The position numbers and the translations under genes were made by a program. Of a stretch of DNA of 64,000 nucleotides, positions 14,011 to 25,300 are shown one piece after another. Within the stretch, counting starts at the first letter, position 1. Every line of letters starts with the position of its first letter. This DNA comes from Mobula hypostoma (lineage: Eukaryota). Under the pieces are notes generated by a model. It ran no database searches, had not been told where the DNA came from, and was given only the letters and a program-made list of their open reading frames with translations. The stretch covers positions 126,916,001 through 126,980,000 of the forward strand of contig NC_086097.1 in assembly GCF_963921235.1 (NCBI RefSeq), in the 5' to 3' direction.

Positions 14011-14048
14011 TAGTCCTGACGAAGGGTCTCGGCCTGAAACGTCGACTG
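14011..14048 (+). ncRNA. Minimal type-I hammerhead ribozyme motif
   Basis: tagtc-CTGACGA-agggtctcggcct-GAAA-C-GTC-gactg; inverted copy at 12942-12979. Confidence 0.75.
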
Positions 14049-15414
14049 CGCCTCTTCCTATAGATGCTGCTTGGCCTGCTGCGTTCACCAGCAACTTTGA
14101 TGTGTGTTGCTCAGAATAGAGGAATGCCCATTTAGAACAGAGATGAGGAGGAATTTCTTTAGCCAGAGGGTAGTGAACCTGTGGATTTCATTGCCATGGA
14201 TAGCTGCAGAGGCCAGTCATTCAGTATATTTTAAACGGAGGTCGATAGGTTCTTGACTAGTCAGTGCATCAACAATTACCTTTATCAGCTATGATGGAAT
14301 AGTGGAGCAGACTGGATGAGCAAAATGGCTTAATTTTGTTCCTCTGTCTGATGTTCTTAAAATGGAAAAAAAAATCTGCTAACAGCGTTCAACATGGGAA
14401 AACATCCAAAGGTCTGTCAGTGAGTTGAGTTGGAGTTGACACTGTCAAAAGAGAGATGTCACCAAAAGCTTGGAGAAATGGCATAAAGGGAGCAGCTGTA
14501 GAGGCATCGAGTTTTAAGGAGGGAATTATGGGCCATGCAACTTGGCAGCAGAAGACAGAGCAAGCAATGAGAGAAAGACAGAGTTCATGAGATTGTGGAA
14601 GTGAGACAATGAATTAAATTAAATTCGAATGCTGGAATTCTACATTTGAGAGCATTAAAGGTCAGTGAAGGAAGTTTGAGAAGACAATAAACTGTGTGAA
14701 ATAGGAATTGATTAATGAACATTGGATTCAGTAGGAGTTTAGGGAGTGTCGGAGGGCTTTATGAATGGCATTGGAATAATTATTGATCAGTACATAGGCA
14801 GATGGATACAGTGCAATAGCACCTATTGCAAATCTGGCCCATGATTTCTTAAAATGTTTTTATATTGTCATGTACCCCATGACGGGAATTAAGAACCAGC
14901 AGAGATGGAAAACACTTTGGAGTCTAGTATTGCTTTAAACTAATAATGTTTATTAGTAACTACACAATACAGTAATATAAAAGTAGATAAATCAAACAGG
15001 TTAGCAATGATTATATATATATATATATACACACACACATACAAATAACAGGAATTCTGCAGATGCTGGAAATTCAAACAACACACATCAAAGTTTCTGG
15101 TGAACGCAGCAGACCAGGCAGCATCTCTAGGACGTACAGTCGACATTTCAGGCCAAGACCCTTCGTCAGGACTAACTGAAGGAAGAGTTAGTAAGAGATT
15201 TGAAAGTGGGACAGGAGGGGGAGGGATGGAGCCAAGAGCTGGACAGGTGATTGGCAAAGGGGATATCAGAGGATCATGGGACAGGAGGTCCGGGAAGAAA
15301 GACAAGGGGGGGGGGAACCCAGAGGATGGGTAAGAGGTATAGTCAGAGGGACAGAGGGAGAAAAAGGAGAGTGAGAGAAAGAATGTGTGCATAAAAATAA
15401 ATAACGGATGCTCA

Positions 15415-15552
15415 CTACCCCATCCGTTATTTATTTTTATACACATATTCTTTCTCTCGCTAACCCCAATCCATTATTTATTTTTATACACACATTCTTT
15501 CTCTCGCTAACCCCATCCGTTATTTATTTTTATACACACATTCTTTCTCTCA
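15415..15552 (+). repeat. Three tandem copies of a ~46-nt unit at the inversion junction
   Basis: ctaaccccatccgttatttatttttatacacacattctttctctcg, three times with small variations. Confidence 0.9.
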
Positions 15553-16305
15553 CTAGTCCAACTTATTATTCTCCGTAACTTCCACCACCTCCAATGGGAT
15601 CCCACCACTAAGCACATCTTTCCCTCCCCCCTCTCTCTGCATTCCACAGGGATCGCTCCCTATGCAGCTCCCTTGTCCATTTGTCCCCCCCATTCCTCCC
15701 CACTGATCTCCCTCCTGGCACTTATCCTTGTAAGCGGAACAAGTGCTACACATGCCCTTACACTTCCTCCCTTACCACCATTCAGGGCCCCAGACAGTCC
15801 TTCCAGGTGAGGCGACACTTCACCTGTGAGTCGGCTGGTGTGATATACTGTGTCCAGTGCTCCTGATGTGGCCTTCTATATGTTGGCGAGACCTGACGCA
15901 AACTGGGAGACCGCTTTGCTGAACACCTACGCTCTGTCTGCCAGAGAAAGCAGGATCTCCCAGTGGCCAAACGTTTTAATTCCACATCCCATTCCCATTC
16001 TGACATGTCTATCCACGGCCTCCTCTACTGTAAAGATGAAGCCACACTCAGGTTGGAGGAACAACACCTTATATTCCGTCTGGGTAGCCTCCAACCTGAT
16101 GGCATGAACATCGAACATCCTCTGGGTTCCTCCCCCCACCTTGTCTTTCTCCCCGGGCCTCCTGTCCCATGATCCTCTCATATCCCCTTTGCCAATCACC
16201 TGTCCAGCTCTTGGCTCCATCCCTCCCCCTCCTATCTTCTCCTATCATTTTGGATCTCCCCCTCCCCCTCCCACTTTCAAATCTCTTACTAACTCTTCCT
16301 TCAGT

Positions 16306-16343
16306 TAGTCCTGACGAAGGGTCTTGGCCTGAAACGTCGACTG
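16306..16343 (+). ncRNA. Minimal hammerhead ribozyme motif
   Basis: tagtc-CTGACGA-agggtcttggcct-GAAA-C-GTC-gactg; inverted variant at 15137-15174. Confidence 0.75.
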
Positions 16344-17094
16344 TACCTCTTCCTAGAGATGCTGCCTGGCCTGTTGTGTTCACCAGCAACTTTGATGTGT
16401 GTTGCTTATATATATATATGTGTGTGTGTGTATGTATGTATATCAGTAAGTGTGGAAATATATGTATGAAAAACCAAGCTTCTTTAAGTCTAGGGGTAAA
16501 AAGATATAGTCTTACGATGATGAGTAAAGTTCAGTTCAGTTTGTGGTATTGAGTTGAGTAGTGATGGAGAGAGAGAGGGAGAGATTTGAGTCTTCAGGTG
16601 AGCTGATGCCGTAGATCTTCTCGTTGTCCTTCGAAATCCTTTACATGTCACCAACTGTGACTTTAACAAAGGGGACCGGTTTTCTGTGGTGGAGCTATCA
16701 CCCAGGTGAGGGTGGACTCCCCACCAGTCAACCCCTTTTTCCTCCTTCCACTGCAAGAGCGATGGATCGATCCTCCTGATCGATCCTCCAAAACCCACTT
16801 TTCCTGCAGGCACAACAATGCTCATTCAGTGTCCAAACATGTGTCTGAGGTCTGTATCATCTGACCTCCTATTTATCTCACCGTACTGGGTACCACCTGT
16901 CATTCAAATATCTCCTCCTTCCTCTCTGTGAAGAAATGCACGTAGGCGAACTGTCCTTGAACAAATATCCACAACCTGCCTTCAGTCACCATAACAACTT
17001 TCAAGCTGCTCGGTGCTGTCTCCAACTCCAAACTCAGTAGAAATCCAAAGTTACTTCCAGTGCCTTAAAGTGACAGTCCAACCGTTAATCTTCG

Positions 17095-17215
17095 TCTCTC
17101 TCTCTCTCTCTCTCTTACAAACATACAAACAAGCTGTTAAATAACTCAGTCTCTCTCTCTCTCTCTTACAAACATACAAACAAGCTGTTAAATAACTCTC
17201 TCTCTCTCTCTCTTT
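17095..17215. repeat. Tandem duplication bounded by (CT)n
   Basis: (ct)n-tacaaacatacaaacaagctgttaaataactc occurs twice. Confidence 0.85.
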
Positions 17216-18334
17216 TCAAAAGCACAGTTAATAGGGGTACTTTAGGATCCCCTCACAATATGTGCCTACAATGTTACATATTTTGGTTGCCAGAAGCTTC
17301 TTTGGAAATTCTACTTGATTTTTTTTGTAATTAAACTAAAATTTGCAGGAATGGGAGTGGTTAAACAAAATGGTTAGAACATAAGAGACTGACAATCAGA
17401 CTTGGGTTTAATATCACTGACATACGTCGTGAAGTTTGAAATCTAGCTCATTTTCATTGTTACTATTTCCAATTCCCAGATGTTATGAGGAAATTAAAGT
17501 TGGTTCCAAATTAGTCCAATTTGCTAAAGTTTTGAATTAGATATGTTATAAGGTTTTGTAAGCACAGGAAACCTGAGAATGAAATTCATATCTGGTCAAT
17601 TAATTGAAACCAATTATTAGAAAGCTGGGACATTCAGCCAGAACAATTAAATGCAAGATCACAGAAATAATCCAAGTGAGAATGTATGTCTACAAACGTT
17701 ATGATCTTACTTGGAGAGAAAAACGAACACTCCAAGATATTGGATTAATCCTACATGTAAAAGAATAACGAAAATGATAGAAGAGCCAGCAGGATTAGAG
17801 GTGGCATATTTCATGAGAGTAGATAGGGGGATAAATTACACCAGTCTTAAACCAGGTTGATCTGCTCACTGATGACCAAATTCTCATTTAAATCCTTTCA
17901 TTATTATTGATGGAATGGTAACCAAAATCTATTGCTTCCATTAAACCAAGGCATAAGAGCCCCATGACACCCGTCTATTACAGAGGTAAATTTAGAATAA
18001 AAATCATGGGAACGTCTTCACTCAGAGTGATGTTTACAATAAAATTTATTTTACAATAAAAAAATATTACTTTACCTTAAAGTCATTAAAGGGGAAAAAA
18101 TGAAGCTTTGCAAACTATATTTGAAAGTCATGACAGGAGAGATCATCTAAGTGACACATCCTCAAAGGGCTGCATGGTTTTTCCTCATAGCTTGTTACCC
18201 ATTCATTCTCTCATCCAATTTCTTGTTGAAACCCGCAGCGACAGATAGACGTAAGATGTGACCCTCTTTATTCTCTTTGCTGGATATTTATTCTGTTCTT
18301 ATAGGATTCTCATAGCAAGCTCTGCAGTTGATAG

Positions 18335-18970
18335 TTTATTATTGTGACGTGGACCGAGGTATAGTGAAAACTGTCTTCCATGCCATCCATACAGATCATT
18401 TCACTGCATCAGTACATTGAAGTAGTACCAGGAAAAAGCAATAACAATGCAGAATATAGTGTTGCAGAGAAAGTGCAGTGAAGGCATACAAGATGGAAGG
18501 CCACAATGAAATAGATTGAGGTCATGTCATGATTCCATCTTAAGGTACAAGAGGTACAGTCTTATAACAGCTTTATAGAAGCTGTCTTTGGGTCTGGTGG
18601 TATGTGCTTTTCAGGTCTTTGTATCTTCTACCCAATTGGAGGCTGGGGGTTGGTGGGGAGAGAAAATGTTTTGCATAGAAGGGACTTTCAAGTTCCTCAG
18701 CAAACACGTGACCAAGGACATCACTTGGTCTGTGCATACAGGCTGCGTGGTGAAAAAAGCACAACAGCACCTCTTTCATCTCAGACAGTTGAAGAAGTTC
18801 GGCATGAGTCCCCAAATCCTTTCCACAGGCGCAAAATTGGGAGCATCCTGATTGGCTGTATCACTGCTTGATATGGGAACTGTACTTCCCTCAATCGCAG
18901 GGCTCCGCAAAGAGTGGTGTGGACAGCCCAGCGCATCTGTGGATGCGAACTTCCCACTAATCAGGACATC
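18335..18970. mobile_element. Rex1/L2-like fragments (minus-strand 3' tail, then a plus-strand C-terminal fragment)
   Basis: FKFLSKHVTKDITWS...VKKAQQHLFHLRQLKKFGMS. Confidence 0.7.
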
Positions 18971-19220
18971 AAATTCCTAACAAAAAAAAATATGCTTTCA
19001 TGGTAAATTAATTAGTTTTCAAAAATGGCTGCATAAAATTGATGATTTCAGGAAGTTATTCAAATCATCATTAACATATAAATATTTTTGAGGAAATCTT
19101 GACTTCAGAATATCATGAAGCAATGGGATATTTTAGAGGTGTGCTTGTTGTCACTAAAATATCAGCTGCTTTGAATCTCTAACTACAGAACTAAATTTTC
19201 TTCTGTTTCCTTTTATTTAG

Positions 19221-19232
19221 GATGATGAGAGG
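19221..19232 (+). CDS. COL21A1: 12-nt microexon (DDER) of the collagen XXI-like gene
   Basis: Polypyrimidine tract ttcttctgtttccttttatttag| GAT GAT GAG AGG |gtgagt. Frame-preserving, and lies between two phase-0 exons. Confidence 0.8.
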
Positions 19233-19359
19233 GTGAGTACATTTTCAATGTGCTTTAAGAAGTATGAACATTAAGTTTAAAACATTTTTAAATGGCAGTT
19301 TTCGTGCTTGCATAAGACGTGCCTTAGGCTAAAAATTTCTTCTTTAAATTTTTGATTAG

Positions 19360-19443
19360 TGTCCACCTGACAGAATGGTTCCCAAGACAGTTTGTGAGTG
19401 TCCAGCAGGTCCACCTGGTATTCCTGGTCAACAAGGACTGAAA
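19360..19443 (+). CDS. COL21A1: Collagen XXI-like exon, linker CxC and start of the triple helix (CPPDRMVPKTVCECPAGPPGIPGQQGLK)
   Basis: tttgattag| and |gtaagt; 84 bp; CxCP motif followed directly by Gly-X-Y, as in FACIT collagens XXI/XXII. Confidence 0.9.
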
Positions 19444-19771
19444 GTAAGTTCACAGTTGCCACTTGCATCCACATCTGATAACTCATCCCTTGTGTATTGA
19501 GATGTAACTTTGGCTGAATTTATGGTTTTGTCAATGCGTTCTGTGGAAAATCTTGTCACACAAAGTAGTGCATGTTGGGAGACAGCGTTCTTATTTGTAA
19601 TGGGAGTACAGACCATCTTCGGGTTTATAGAGGTTATCGTCATATGCACAAGTACAGGTCTGGCCAGGTGCAATGGGAAAAAAATATTTGTGGCAGCTTC
19701 ACAGACTCGTAACATCATATAAGCAACATTCACAAGAAAAACATAAATCATACACAGTTTTACCGGAAAAC

Positions 19772-20540
19772 AGAGTCATAGTCATTGAAAACTACAGCAC
19801 AAAATGGGCCCTTCAGCCCATCTAGACCCTGCTGAAACATTTAAACTGCCTAGTCCCATTGACTTGCTCCTGGACCATAGCCCTCCATACCCATTCCTAT
19901 CTATGTACCTATCCAAACTTCTCTTAAACATTGAAATCGAAGTCACATCCACCGCTTGTGCTGACAGCTCGTACCACACTGTTACCACCTTCTGAGTGAA
20001 GAAGTTTCGCCTCATGTTCCCCTTAAATATGTCATCTTTCACCCTGAACCTATGACCTCCAGCTGTAGTCTCACCCAACCTCAGTGGAAAAAGCCTGCTT
20101 GCATTTACCCTATTTATGCCCCTTATAATTTTTGTAAACCTCTTTCAAATCTCCCTTAAATCTCCTATGTTCTAGAGAATAAAGTTATAACCTATTCAGT
20201 CTTTCCTTACAACTCACGTCCTCCAGTTCCGATAACATCCTTGTAAATTTTCTCAGTATTCTTTCAACTTTACTTGCATCTTTCCTGCAGAGAAGTGACC
20301 AAAACTGCACGCAATACTCCAAATTAGGCCTCACCAATGTCTTGTATTACTTCAGCATTACATCCCAACTCCTGTACTCGGTACTTAGATCTTCGAAGGT
20401 CAATGTCCCAAAAGTTGTTTTTAACCTGTTCACCTGTGGCGCCACTTTCAATGAATTAGGGACCTGTATTCCCAGATCCTTTTGTTCTACCACACTCCTT
20501 ATCGACCTACTGATCCCAGTGTAAGACCTACCCCAACTGG
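19772..20540 (-). mobile_element. CR1/HER1-like 3' fragment
   Basis: GETTAGGHRFRVK...RNFFTQKVVTVWYEL. Confidence 0.85.
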
Positions 20541-21314
20541 TATCCCAAAGAACAAATAAAAATCCATTTTAGTGCAAAGTGATCACAGCGTTGCTAAACT
20601 GTACTGATTAGGGATTTGCTGGTTAGTTGAAGGAAAGAACCTGATGGTGTGGGACTTCAGATTTCTGTACTCCTTCCCTGATGGTAGCTGCAAAAATATG
20701 GGGTGGCCCGGGTAGTGGGGTATTTGAGGCAGGATCTCCTGTAGATACTACCAATAGGAAGGAGGTGCCAATATGTATTAGGCAGAGTCCACTGCTCTCT
20801 GCAGCTTCCTGCATCCTGTGCATTGGAATTGCTGTACCAGACCATGATGAAACTTTGAACCTTAACCCTCAAGGAACTGTTAATTGGGCACATGAGAGAG
20901 GAGAGATGATGGGAAAATGAGGAAATAGAGTTAGTAGGTTACATTCAATGGTCACATACTGTGTGATACAGAAAGTATAGCCCTATTCTTCTGCCTGATT
21001 TAACCTTTCAGAAGGAGATCTTGTAGAACAGGCACAGATTGTAGCAGGTAGCAGGGAAGTCAGCGTCAGACTTAGACTTCCAGCAAAAGCAACCAGACAC
21101 TTTAATCTAAGGCAGGCAAGAAACTAAGTGGGAAACTCGTCAAAAGTTCTTTTATTTTTGGAGGCATCAATTCAAGGAAAATATAACTTTAATTTTAACC
21201 CTCTCGCTTCTGAGCCTCTCCTGCCTATATTGAGTAACAAGGATGAAGGAGCTTTTTGGTAATAAGGCTTGATGTATTCAGACCAATTGACCCCAATGTT
21301 TATTCTGTTACTAG

Positions 21315-21368
21315 GGTCAAAAGGGAGAACGTGGCAAACCAGGAAAATCAGGAACCAATGGTATACCT
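21315..21368 (+). CDS. COL21A1: 54-bp Gly-X-Y exon GQKGERGKPGKSGTNGIP
   Basis: ttattctgttactag| and |gtgagt; six Gly-X-Y triplets. Confidence 0.9.
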
Positions 21369-22359
21369 GTGAGTACTTTTCCAAGTCCTATGCAATCTCT
21401 GCATGTTGAACATCAGATAGTAAGTGTTGTTTTGTTATAATGCTAGTGCTAAAGCTCCAGAATATTGCTTTGGCAAACTTTTAAGCAAGGATGCATTTTT
21501 TTGATCCTTTTCCACACTGTACATCTTCTTGTTGGTACATTGTGGCTGCGTGGTTCCTCATGGGTGCAAAGTTCCTTATAACATCCCAAGAAGTGGCTGC
21601 AGAATTACCATTCTACTGCTAATGCTGCACCAACACCTACAGTAGTTCATTAGAAGATTGATGCAGAAAGAAGCATTTTGTGAATATATATTTATACTGT
21701 GACTTCCGGCCATGAGTAATGATATCACTGCATGTCTCTGCTGCTACAACCAAACCAACAAAATGTTGGCAATTTGGTTCAAGTAATAATTTGGCTGAGG
21801 GAATGGATGGATCCTTTGTTAATGATGAAGATTTTTGTTTGCTTGAGCAGGGATACAATGATTAAATCTATTCAAACTATAGTTGAAGTCAATTATGATG
21901 GTAAGTAATAATTAGAAGAACCTCCAAGGGTGTAGGAGGGAGGTATGTGCAAAAATCCTTGAGCTTTACAAGTATCTCAATAGATGCAAATAATTCCTCC
22001 TTGAAAGAATTAGATGCCATGAAGTTATTACTTCTCAGTGGAGAGCCTAGAATTGAGAAACTTTTCTCAGAACAAAGATTGTCCACTTAATCTAGAGGCA
22101 AGGGAAAATTTCTTTAAGCAGGGGATTGTATGTCATTAAGGTTCTGTAGATATTTAATGGCTGAATATTGATGAAGCTAATGTGTGTTTTTTTTTGGACT
22201 TACGAGCATCAGGGAATTGGGGGAAATGGGGAGAGGTGCAAGAGATCAGCCATGAAGGGGAGCATGGGAGACATTGCTGCTGTCCATTAGGATGGTTAGT
22301 GTTGATGACATAGGTGAACGGTTATGGAAAGTCGGTGAATCCGGAAGTCAAAGACCATT

Positions 22360-25300
22360 TGTCACAACCATGGATTCAGCAGTGCAACAGATTCAGCAAT
22401 TGCGTTTGTGAATATTTCATTGTGATGGTATTTAACTCCAGTCATTCCGTCGTAGTATTTGTCGAGACTTGGACATGGACATAGCTACACTTCGTTATCT
22501 GCATTCCGCCTTGCCTGAGAAATTGGACTGTCGAGTCAACTGACTCTGAAGATTAGCGGTATTTGTTTTATTCCTAGTTGTTCTTTTCAGCTGCAGTGTA
22601 GGCTTCATTTTCCATTTGAGTGTTTTAGTCAACGGCCCTGTTTGGCCTAGTGTTTATTGTTTTCTTTCCCTTTAACACTGTTCGCATTAAAGTCTGTGAA
22701 ATATCGACCTGCTTCAGTGTCACTCACTTCGCAATCGGGCCATGTTTGTACCAGGTGACTGCAAGTCTCGACCACGCAAAGATGGACCCAGCGGAGAGAG
22801 AGCTGCTGACCTTGGCCGGGAGATTCATTGGTCAGAATGATTCGTCGCAGCAACAATATTCCGTTGGAATTCCTGTGTATGAACTCTTGTTTCTGTCTCC
22901 AGTGTGACAGAAGGATCTTGCCAGGTAATGGACCCAACTAAGTTTGAACAGTGACGTTTTAACATTGGTGGCTTGAGGAGAGGGTGCCTTCTATTCTCAG
23001 TGCATGTGCTAACTCTACATTCCGAGAATCCCGAGTCTACATACTGAGCTTCTCTAGTCAACATTAAGTTTCTCCAGTGTCCATTCCAAGCTTTTCAAGT
23101 CACAAGTACCCAGGTTCCCAGCTTTGTGGTCCTGTGACTCAGATCTGCATAACAAATGAGTGCTTCAAGCAAGCTCATCAATTGGTTCAACAAATCATCA
23201 TTCGTATCGATGGTGTAAATTCTGGAAGAGTCCTACTCTGTAGTGTTCTCATGCAGTGCGTTGAAACTCTGACTAAACACCAAGTTAAACCAGAGCCAAT
23301 GAAGACAGAGTCGTAGTAAGGTTAACCATTTACTGTGCACTCTTCCACATTAACATTGTATGGTGAAAACTGTTGATAAAAAAATACAAACATATACAGC
23401 GTCTGTTTCATTCTGGAGACCACGCACGCTATTTTCTTTTAGCAAGTGTCTCCAGCCACCCCGAATAGGGAGCAAGGGGCATCCCGTCAAACTGCCGCCG
23501 GGCCTGAGCCCACCCTGCGTTTGAAATTTGGCCTGTCCCCTGAAACCCGCACTAATTTTTATAGATGCACCGTAGAAAGCATTCTTCTAGGGTGCATCAC
23601 AACCTGGTATGGAAGTTGTCCTGTCCAAGACCGGAAGAAGCTGCAGAAGATCGTGAACACAACGCAGCACATCACACAAACCAATCTTTGGTCCTTGGAC
23701 TCACTTTACACCGCATGCTGTCAGAGCAGTGCTGCCAGGATAATCAAGGACACGACCCACCCAGCCAACACACTTTTCGTCCCTCTTCCCTCCGGGAGAA
23801 GGCTCAGGAGCTTGAAGACTCATACGGCCAGATTAGGGAACAGCTTCTTTCCAACTGTGATACGACTGCTGAACAGATCCTGACCCGGATCTGGACTGTA
23901 CCTTCCAAATATCCGGACCTGCCTCTCGGTTTTTTTGCACTACCTTACTTTCCATTTTTCTATTTTCTATTTATGATTTATAATTTAAATTTTTAATATT
24001 TACTATCGATTTGTAACCCAGGGAGCGGAAAGCGTAGAATCAAATATCGCTATGATGATTGTACGTTCTAGTATCAATTGTTTGGCGGCAATAAAGTATA
24101 AAGTAAATTGAAAAGCCGTCACGTGCGCCACCCAAACCGCCGCTTCCTTAACAGAAACCACGTTAATATTTTTACTTCAAACACATTCGTAGGAACTTAC
24201 GGCGTTGCTTCTATAATGTTCCTTCATGTGCAGACACAGAGCTCTTTACGATCATGCTGGACACCTGGCACCCGCCTTTACACCTTCCCGAACCGGAGGT
24301 TACACATAAGACGTGTGAAACCGCAGGTGACCTCATCACATGCTGCGATATACCATAGACAATGATTTTACCTTTGTTATACTGTAACATAATTATCAAC
24401 CTTTAAGTTTAACTAGAAAACAGTTACAAACAAATCATTTAAAACGTAGACCCAACAAAGTCAAATAAATGCGTTAAGGGCAACACGAGTCCAAAAGCTG
24501 ATCCCTGGCTGGAGTGTGCTAAGGCACAAGTAAAGTAACCCTATCAAGAATATTTTAACCCCTTGATGAAAGTCATGGTACAGACTGGGAAAATTGAACT
24601 TCCGTGTAGCAAATTAAACAGATCTACAGAGAACCACCTAGTTTAGTGATGAAAGAAACCTGTCTATGCTGTCTTGATCTGTAAAATAGAAGTATATCCT
24701 AATTGTCTCTGGAAAAAAATTGTGAAAGATAAAACACTGTGAACAAGATTTGAAAAGGTTCCTTCTCTTGGTTTCAAGGTTTCACAAGGACTTTTCTCTA
24801 TGTTCCCAGGGTTTTCTTTGTCCGATCGTTTCCAAGGCTTAATGTGTTTAGGGCTTTACAATGTCCTCCCCATCTGGAGGACTCCCAAGCCTCCCTCTGG
24901 GCCTCACCCGAGTTTTCTTGATCTCAGTCTGTTGGGATTCCCTGTTCTCTCAGTCTGTTGGGGTTTCCAGGTCTCTGGGGATTCCCCGGTCTCTCAGTCT
25001 CTCTGGATCCCCGAGTCTCCCTCCGTCTCAAGTTCCCCAGGTCTCTCGAGTCATTCCTGATCTCGTCTTTAGGTCTTCCTGAGCCATCAAGTGCAAGCTA
25101 TAAGGAGGGGGGTCCTGTAGTGACTTTTTCGGGCCTGCGCAGGGCATCGGAGAGCATTTGGGTTCTGAGGTTTTTGGAGCACCTGAATTGGTTAATTGTT
25201 GTTTAATGGTGTTTGATGGTTTAAGAGTTCCTTGTGTTTTTCTCCAGTGACTCGTCCTTTGTATTGCGGTTTCTGGTGCTTTTGGTTTAAGTTTAAGTTT

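Larger units (their letters stand above)
12844..14110 (+). mobile_element. Penelope-like element 1 (Neptune-type): inverted pLTR with tail plus GIY-YIG 3' part
   Basis: Inverted arms 12879-13159 and 13833-14111; ~34-nt extra tail at left; TSD ctcagaatagagg (12831-12843 and 14110-14122). Confidence 0.92.
12600..14350 (+). mobile_element. CR1 3' fragment split by Penelope insertion 1
   Basis: CR1-type ...gatcttattaaaacctatcgaat...cacagcctcagaatagagg resumes at 14110 with ...gagatgaggaggaatttctttagccag. Confidence 0.8.
15042..16406 (+). mobile_element. Penelope-like element 2, fold-back, inserted in a (TA)n/(CA)n microsatellite
   Basis: Same tail and inverted pLTR as element 1; GIY-YIG frame with CGA>TGA stops; internal deletion near 16112. 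Confidence 0.9.
14866..17257. mobile_element. Solo LTR (~1 kb) carrying Penelope insertion 2
   Basis: TGtca...caCA ends flanked by a 4-bp atat TSD (14862-14865 and 17258-17261). Confidence 0.65.

Noticed and set aside
12896..14094. Repeated MLVNAAGQAAS... ORFs as a small protein family
   Set aside because: They are antisense read-throughs of the pLTR; they recur only because the repeat recurs.
15415..15552. CRISPR-like array
   Set aside because: Units are head-to-tail with no unique spacers, derive from the Penelope 3' region, and the context is vertebrate.
15860..15900. In-frame TGA codons in the GIY-YIG frame as selenocysteine (known in some Penelope clades)
   Set aside because: They align with CGA Arg codons of element 1 (CpG decay), not with Cys positions.
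19394..19399. Internal gtgagt donor within exon 19360-19443
   Set aside because: Use would give a 34-nt frameshifting exon; it coincides with the Cys-Glu-Cys codons.
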